A stretch of DNA of 64,000 nt from Candidatus Multivoradales bacterium (GTDB taxonomy: Bacteria; Acidobacteriota; Thermoanaerobaculia; Multivoradales; Multivoraceae): NCBI GenBank assembly GCA_965223325.1, contig CBDCWI010000002.1, positions 3,392,001 to 3,456,000 on the forward strand, given 5' to 3'. Of this stretch, positions 58,924 to 64,000 are shown piece after piece. The notes beneath the pieces were generated by a model. That model made no database searches. It was not told where the DNA came from and saw nothing but the letters and a program-made list of their open reading frames with translations. The position numbers were made by a program, and so were the translations under genes. Within the stretch, counting starts at the first letter, position 1. Every line of letters begins with the position of its first letter.

Positions 58924-60620
58924 GACGCTTGGGCCTCGGCGGCCGAGCTGGTTTCGGTGAGCCCGAGAATCTGCAGGGTCATCGGTCGTACGTCGAGCTC
59001 TTCGAGGAGAGAGCGGCCGATGGAGGTGCCATGGCGCCCCACGAAGTGACCCACCGAAAGTGAACGCTCCTGCAGCGACCCTCCGGGTAGGAGTGCGTCG
59101 CGAAGGGTCGCCACTCGTCGATGCAGAACTTCGTCGCGACGTGCGGCTGCAGCGCGAATCCGAGCACCGAACTGCTCGAGCCCCTTGGCGACCCGGTCGC
59201 GGGTTTTCTGGTATCCAGCGCCCAGCTGCGGGTCGAGAAGCAGAGCGCGTTCGCCCATTGCATCGAGCGCCGCCAACACCGCCGCTGTGTCGCCTTCGAT
59301 GAAGTCGACCGGCTGGCGCTCTGCCAGCGCCTCCTCGAGGCGGGCGGCCGAGCCGACCATGACCGCCAGCTCGATACCCTCGGCGACCAGCTGCTCGATC
59401 TGTTCGACACGGCGCTCACCGATAACGGCGATCTGTGGCCGAAGCGCCGCGGCAGGCGCCGCTACACCGAGCGGCTCATAGAGAGCCGAAGCCTGCGCCA
59501 TGTAGCTCATCTCGCCGGCACCCAACACTTGCAGGGTCGTTCCCAGGACCGCGTCCTGAACCAGGGGCCGCGCGAGTGCGCCCGGGCTCACACGCGCTGG
59601 CTCCACTTCGAGCAGCTCGAGGAGCTCCACAACTGGCCTTTTGGTCCCCTCGGGGTCGCCGCGCAGCACGAAGTGGTCGCTGCCACTCCACTCGGCCCGC
59701 CGCCGGCAGCCGTCTTCGATCACGAAGATCGGGGGGCTTGCGCCCGGCTGCGGGCTGACCTGTAAGCCGTAGCCTCCCTTTGTGATCTCCTCCTCGCGCG
59801 CCCGCAAGGCGTCGTCGAGCTCGGCACGACGCTCGATCAACCAGCGCAGAAACGGCACCTGCTGGCGCTTGAGCTCTGGATCGGTGGAATCGAGGAGCAG
59901 TGGGCAGCGCCCTCCAAGTAGCTCGACGAGGAGCGCCCCGAATGCGCTGCCGAAGCCCGCGTCTACACAGTAGTGACGAGACAGCTTGCGCAGCGTCTCA
60001 CCCCACGCCGGCCAGGGTGTTCGGGTGGCCACCGATTCGAGCAGATCACAGCAGTTGCCGAGCTGCCGGGCCGCCACCGGAGCCATCTCGCTCGCCAGGG
60101 GATCCTCGAGGGTCACCGACTCGACGCCCTCGCCGACCTGGAAGTTGGCGCTCGCGACCTCTCGAAAGTCGTGGTCTTCGGTTGCCATCCAGAAGACCGC
60201 GACAGCTGGTTCGCCGGTTGTTTCGGCGATTCGCTCGGCCCATCGAACTGCAGCCACCGCTTTTGTCAAGCAGTAGAGAGGTCCACCGAAAAGGCCGGGC
60301 TGCTGACCGGTGACGACCACCCGTGCACTGGTGTCCGCCAGGCGCTCCGCCTGAGCGTCAGCACCGGGATGGCCGAGGGCTCGGTTGGCGCTGGCCAGGG
60401 ACTCTGCCAGGCGCACTCTGTCGGCTCCTGGCTGGGCCGATGGCAGAGTGAGCGGCACCGAAAGCGCCGACGACGCGAGTCCCTGGTCACCGATCCACCT
60501 CGGGTCGGCCGGCACCATGGGAGCAATCAAGCCAGGTCGGTCGCCTTTGGCGATCGCTAGCGCCAGGGGCGACAGACCGGCCGGGCCATCAACGCCATCG
60601 GAGGAGAGGTCGAGGGTCAC
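58920..60620 (-). CDS. bshC: Bacillithiol biosynthesis cysteine-adding enzyme BshC (start uncertain)
   Basis: VVTGQQPGLFGGPLY..K, FWMATEDHD..E, SP..L.RPLVQD, G.GE.SY.AQ, LQER. Confidence 0.9.
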   Translation of the reverse strand: MTLDLSSDGVDGPAGLSPLALAIAKGDRPGLIAPMVPADPRWIGDQGLASSALSVPLTLPSAQPGADRVRLAESLASANRALGHPGADAQAERLADTSARVVVTGQQPGLFGGPLYCLTKAVAAVRWAERIAETTGEPAVAVFWMATEDHDFREVASANFQVGEGVESVTLEDPLASEMAPVAARQLGNCCDLLESVATRTPWPAWGETLRKLSRHYCVDAGFGSAFGALLVELLGGRCPLLLDSTDPELKRQQVPFLRWLIERRAELDDALRAREEEITKGGYGLQVSPQPGASPPIFVIEDGCRRRAEWSGSDHFVLRGDPEGTKRPVVELLELLEVEPARVSPGALARPLVQDAVLGTTLQVLGAGEMSYMAQASALYEPLGVAAPAAALRPQIAVIGERRVEQIEQLVAEGIELAVMVGSAARLEEALAERQPVDFIEGDTAAVLAALDAMGERALLLDPQLGAGYQKTRDRVAKGLEQFGARIRAAAARRDEVLHRRVATLRDALLPGGSLQERSLSVGHFVGRHGTSIGRSLLEELDVRPMTLQILGLTETSSAAEAQAS

Positions 60621-60793
60621 CTTGGGGCATGGACACACGTGGTTCGGGCTTTCGGCCGTCTGGCTGTTGTTTGGGCGGTTCTGAGGTGGGAGGGTTCGAA
60701 AGTGCTTCAGAGCACGAGGTCGAATCAATGAACGGCCCCCGATGATACGACTGAAGGGTGCTCGAGGTTCCGCCTGGTTGGTATCATCACACG

Positions 60794-61801
60794 ATGCTTC
60801 GAATCGGCGACGTCGGCGTCGCACCCCCGCTCCTGCTGGCGCCGATGGCTGGCGTGACCGACCGCGATTTCCGCTTGATCGTGCGGCGAATCGGTGGTGT
60901 GGGGGTGGTTTCGATGGAGTTCATCTCCTCGCGTGCTCTGACTTCGCCCCACAAGAAGGCCCGCCAGAGCGCTCTCGATCTGATGCACTTCGCCGAGGAA
61001 GAGCGCCCGCTGGCGATCCAGATCTACGGCGCCGACGGCGACACGATGGCTGAGGCCGCCCGCATCGTTGAAGAGCTGGGCGCCGACATCTGCGACATCA
61101 ACATGGGCTGCCCGGCGAACAAGGTGCTCAAGGGCTGCGCTGGCTGCGCGTTGATGGGCGATCTCGAACTCGCCGAAGACATCATCGCCAAGGTGAGGCG
61201 GGTGATCGAAATCCCCCTGACGGTCAAGTTCCGCACCGGAATCGACCAGGCGAACCTCAATCACATCGAACTCGGCCGCATCTGTGCGCACCACGGGGTC
61301 GACGCGGTCACCATGCACGGCCGCACGGCCAAGCAGATGTTTCGTGGCGCCGCCGACTGGTCCGAGATCGCGCGCCTCAAGGAGGCGCTCTCGATTCCGG
61401 TGATCGGCAACGGCGACGTGCGCGAGCCCGAAGATGCCGCAAGCATGCTCGCCGAAACGGGTTGCGACGGTGTCATGGTCGGCCGTGGTGCGACGCGCAA
61501 CCCATGGATCTTCCGGCAGATCGAAGCGCACCTCTCGGGTGGCGCGATCGAGGCACCGAGCCTCAGAGACCGCCGCGAATTGATTCTGGGACACTTCCGA
61601 ATGGTCGCAGGGCGCGAGCCGAACAAGTTCGCACTCCACAAACTGCGCAAGTTCACCGGCTGGTACACCCATGGCCTGCCCCACGGAGCGAAACTCCGGC
61701 GCCAGATTCAAGAGCTCCCAACGGTCGAGGCCTTCTTCGAGGCCACCAGCGAGTTCTTCGAGTTCCTCGAGAACGAGACCGACGGAGAGGTTGCGGCCTG
61801 A
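60794..61801 (+). CDS. dusB: tRNA-dihydrouridine synthase DusB
   Basis: LAPMAGVTD, DINMGCP..KV, HGRT, GNGD, VMVGRG...NPW. Confidence 0.92.
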   Translation: MLRIGDVGVAPPLLLAPMAGVTDRDFRLIVRRIGGVGVVSMEFISSRALTSPHKKARQSALDLMHFAEEERPLAIQIYGADGDTMAEAARIVEELGADICDINMGCPANKVLKGCAGCALMGDLELAEDIIAKVRRVIEIPLTVKFRTGIDQANLNHIELGRICAHHGVDAVTMHGRTAKQMFRGAADWSEIARLKEALSIPVIGNGDVREPEDAASMLAETGCDGVMVGRGATRNPWIFRQIEAHLSGGAIEAPSLRDRRELILGHFRMVAGREPNKFALHKLRKFTGWYTHGLPHGAKLRRQIQELPTVEAFFEATSEFFEFLENETDGEVAA

Positions 61802-61811
61802 AAGGCCCGTG

Positions 61812-62255
61812 ATGAACGACGGCTTGCACGAGATCGACCTCGATGTCGATCCAGATCTCGCCCTGGAAGCCGTCGAGGTTGCCGCCCAGGCATGGGGCGG
61901 AGACTTCGAGCGTCGCGGCAGTGGAGCGCGCATCGAGGTACCGCTGGCGGCCGGCGTCCGGCGCGGTTGGCTCGATGGCAGCGTCGTCGTCCAGACGGAG
62001 GGCTCGGGGTCACGCGTCGCGATCCACACCGAACAACTCGAGTACCGGGTTCACACCGCTTCGGCCTTCATCCTGGCGGTCGGAGCCCTCGCCGGGCTGG
62101 TGACAATCGTCACGCCCTTCGTTCCGTCGCTCCTCCCGCTCCTTCCCGTCTCTGCGATTCTCCTGGTGGTGACCTGGCTCCTGGTCGTCGCCCGTCTCCG
62201 GCACCGCAATCTAGACGACTTTCTGGCCGCCGTGCGCGAGATCTCGGCCACCTGA
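61812..62255 (+). CDS. Hypothetical membrane protein
   Basis: Plausible coding frame directly after dusB with two C-terminal hydrophobic helices. Confidence 0.6.
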   Translation: MNDGLHEIDLDVDPDLALEAVEVAAQAWGGDFERRGSGARIEVPLAAGVRRGWLDGSVVVQTEGSGSRVAIHTEQLEYRVHTASAFILAVGALAGLVTIVTPFVPSLLPLLPVSAILLVVTWLLVVARLRHRNLDDFLAAVREISAT

Positions 62256-62281
62256 AGGAATGGCGGCTAGCAAGTCCGCGT

Positions 62282-62287
62282 TATAAT
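62282..62287 (+). promoter_or_regulatory. -10 box for ssrA
   Basis: Perfect TATAAT about 40 nt upstream of the tmRNA in GC-rich DNA. Confidence 0.6.
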
Positions 62288-62326
62288 GGTGTGCTGGCCC
62301 GCAAAGGGCCTTGTCGTGCGAATCGT

Positions 62327-62678
62327 GGGGGCGTCAGGCTTCGACGGGGAACATGACGTTCAGGAGTTTGCGTGTCGAGTCTCCGGCTCGCCAAACCGGA
62401 AAACAACACTCGCCAACGACAACTTGGCTCTGGCAGCTTAAACCGCTACCAGCGCTCCACCGGAAGCCTTGATTCGCGGCGTCCGGGACGAGCGACGTTA
62501 AAGTGAATCACCGGGTGCGGGTTGTCTCGCACCGCACCCGGCGAAATTGCGAGGCTAGCGACCACGCTGGGAGTCTTCACCCAAGGCGTGCGGGCGAATC
62601 TCAAAACAGAAGACTACGCACGTAGACGCTCCTGGGCGTGTTCTTCGGACGTGGGTTCAATTCCCACCGCCTCCACCA
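62327..62678 (+). ncRNA. ssrA: tmRNA
   Basis: 5' GGGGGCG...TTCGAC, 3' GTGGGTTCAATTCCCACCGCCTCCACCA (G3-U70 Ala identity); tag frame 62412-62441 encodes ANDNLALAA-stop. Confidence 0.96.
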
Positions 62679-62699
62679 GACTTTCCTCCTGAACACTTC

Positions 62700-62727
62700 G
62701 ACCGGCTCCCCTGGGGCCGGTCGTCTT
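62700..62727 (+). terminator. GC-rich hairpin after tmRNA (possible terminator)
   Basis: GACCGGCTCC-CCT-GGGGCCGGTC followed by a weak T tail. Confidence 0.35.
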
Positions 62728-62863
62728 GCGTCGCTGCCAGACCGCGATCCCCCGATGCCCAACCGGCCACCGTTCGACCTGGCTAGAGCGAAAGGGCGCG
62801 CTGTGGGATGCTGCGGGCACAAACCCGCCATGCACCGACTGATCGCCACCTGAGGGAAGTCTC

Positions 62864-63286
62864 GTGAACCACTTCTTGATGCCAGTTCTAGCCTTGATCG
62901 TCTGGACCTTCGCCATGTGGACCTTGATGTACTGGCGGCGCATTCCCGCGATGACCGCCGTCAGCCGAGACACCCAGGAGTTCATCCGGCGACCCGACCT
63001 GATGTCACAGCTGCCTGCCCGCGTTCGCTGGGCGGCCGATAACTACAACCACCTCCACGAACAACCGACGGTCTTCTACGCTCTGGCCCTGGTGCTCTTC
63101 GTCACCGGACAAACCAACCCGATCAACCTCTACCTGGCCTGGGGGTACGTGGCACTGCGCGTAGTCCACAGCTTCGTCCAAGTGACGGCCAACCGCGTGC
63201 TGTTGCGGTTCGGGCTCTTCGGGACTTCCTCGCTCATCCTCATGGCCCTGGCGGCACGGGCCGTCGCTGGACTCCTGGCCCAATAG
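62864..63286 (+). CDS. MAPEG family membrane protein
   Basis: ADNYNHLHEQP.VFY, LAW.YV.LR.VHS. Confidence 0.85.
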   Translation: MNHFLMPVLALIVWTFAMWTLMYWRRIPAMTAVSRDTQEFIRRPDLMSQLPARVRWAADNYNHLHEQPTVFYALALVLFVTGQTNPINLYLAWGYVALRVVHSFVQVTANRVLLRFGLFGTSSLILMALAARAVAGLLAQ

Positions 63287-63557
63287 ATCGCCGGCTGCAA
63301 ACGCGTCGCCTATGAGCTCTGCTTCACCATCCAGCACGGAGAGCGGACAACCATCGAGGACCTGGCCCGCGCAGCCAACGTTTCCGTCGCCGAGATCAAA
63401 GCGTGGAACCCCGGATCTCGCAGACCGAAAGCCGAGTGCTGTGCTGGAACCCGGGATTCGCGTCACCGTCAGGCTCGAGAGCACCGAGAGAGCTTCGATG
63501 GTCCAGAGCGCCAACGCCTTCATGAACGAAAAGGGCGGTTTGCTCGACATCAGATGA
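63287..63557 (+). pseudogene. Startless, frameshifted LysM-domain remnant
   Basis: FTIQHGERTTIEDLARAANVSVAEIKAWNP, then after an extra C in CCCC 63409-63412 DLADRKPSAVLEPGIRVTV...TGA. Confidence 0.5.
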
Positions 63558-63595
63558 GCGTCTTCGGAATGTAGAGGCCGGCGGGCACTCGGTGG

Positions 63596-64000
63596 TCAGG
63601 CGAGGCCCAGCGCAGCAATGGACTCGCGATAGGGCGCTTCGAGTACGCCACGGTCGGTGATGATCGCAGTGACCAACTCGGCCGGAGTGACGTCGAAGGC
63701 ATAGTTGAACGCCGGCGCGTCGGCCGGGGTAATCGCGGTCCCGAAGACTTCCCTCACTTCGTCCGGGCTGCGCTGCTCGATCGGAATCTCATCGCCGCTG
63801 GCTGCGTGCGGGTCAATCGTCGAGACCGGAGCCGCCACGTAGAACGGGATCTCGTGGCGCTGGGCCAGTACGGCGAGTACGTAGGTCCCGATCTTGTTGG
63901 CCGCGTCACCGTTGGCGGCGATGCGATCGGCTCCAACGACGATGCGATCGACGTGGCCACGCGCCATCAGCGCGCCGGCGCTCGAATCGGTCACCACGTG
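63596..64000 (-). CDS. mtnA: S-methyl-5-thioribose-1-phosphate isomerase (3' part; runs off right edge)
   Basis: [36 protein letters not shown]. Confidence 0.93.
   Translation of the reverse strand, partial: HVVTDSSAGALMARGHVDRIVVGADRIAANGDAANKIGTYVLAVLAQRHEIPFYVAAPVSTIDPHAASGDEIPIEQRSPDEVREVFGTAITPADAPAFNYAFDVTPAELVTAIITDRGVLEAPYRESIAALGLA

Noticed and set aside
62679-63595. Mobile element integrated at tmRNA
   Set aside because: No integrase and no duplicated ssrA 3' end; only a MAPEG gene and a remnant are present.

Overview
This is a GC-rich bacterial chromosomal window. The gene content (bshC-bshB1-bshA, DUF2911, PQQ-type propeller, TxWS-type ECF sigma) tentatively suggests Acidobacteriota. 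From left to right it holds: a truncated MscS-like gene, a peptide ABC operon, hydrolases, tRNA-Glu(CTC) followed by a 7-copy array built from the tRNA 3' end, three orphan vWA-containing PilY1-like adhesins flanking an atu-like acyl-CoA carboxylase cluster, and a structured 261-bp repeat/MITE at the last adhesin stop codon. Two of the adhesins are tandem with mosaic near-identical 3' halves, and both adhesin loci carry sigma54-type promoters. Further right are an exported atypical kinase, an ECF sigma factor, two probable exported selenoproteins that the ORF track splits at UGA (peroxiredoxin, DUF3179), and housekeeping genes (thiG, tsaD, pgk-tpiA-secG-tRNA-Leu, cyclophilin, mobA, yidD, yigZ, bsh genes, dusB, tmRNA, mtnA). 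I saw no integrase, transposase, reverse transcriptase or CRISPR-Cas. The best candidate for an undescribed system is the repeat-bracketed, gene-converting PilY1 adhesin repertoire at 15.4-36.0 kb. All calls are by eye, without database searches.
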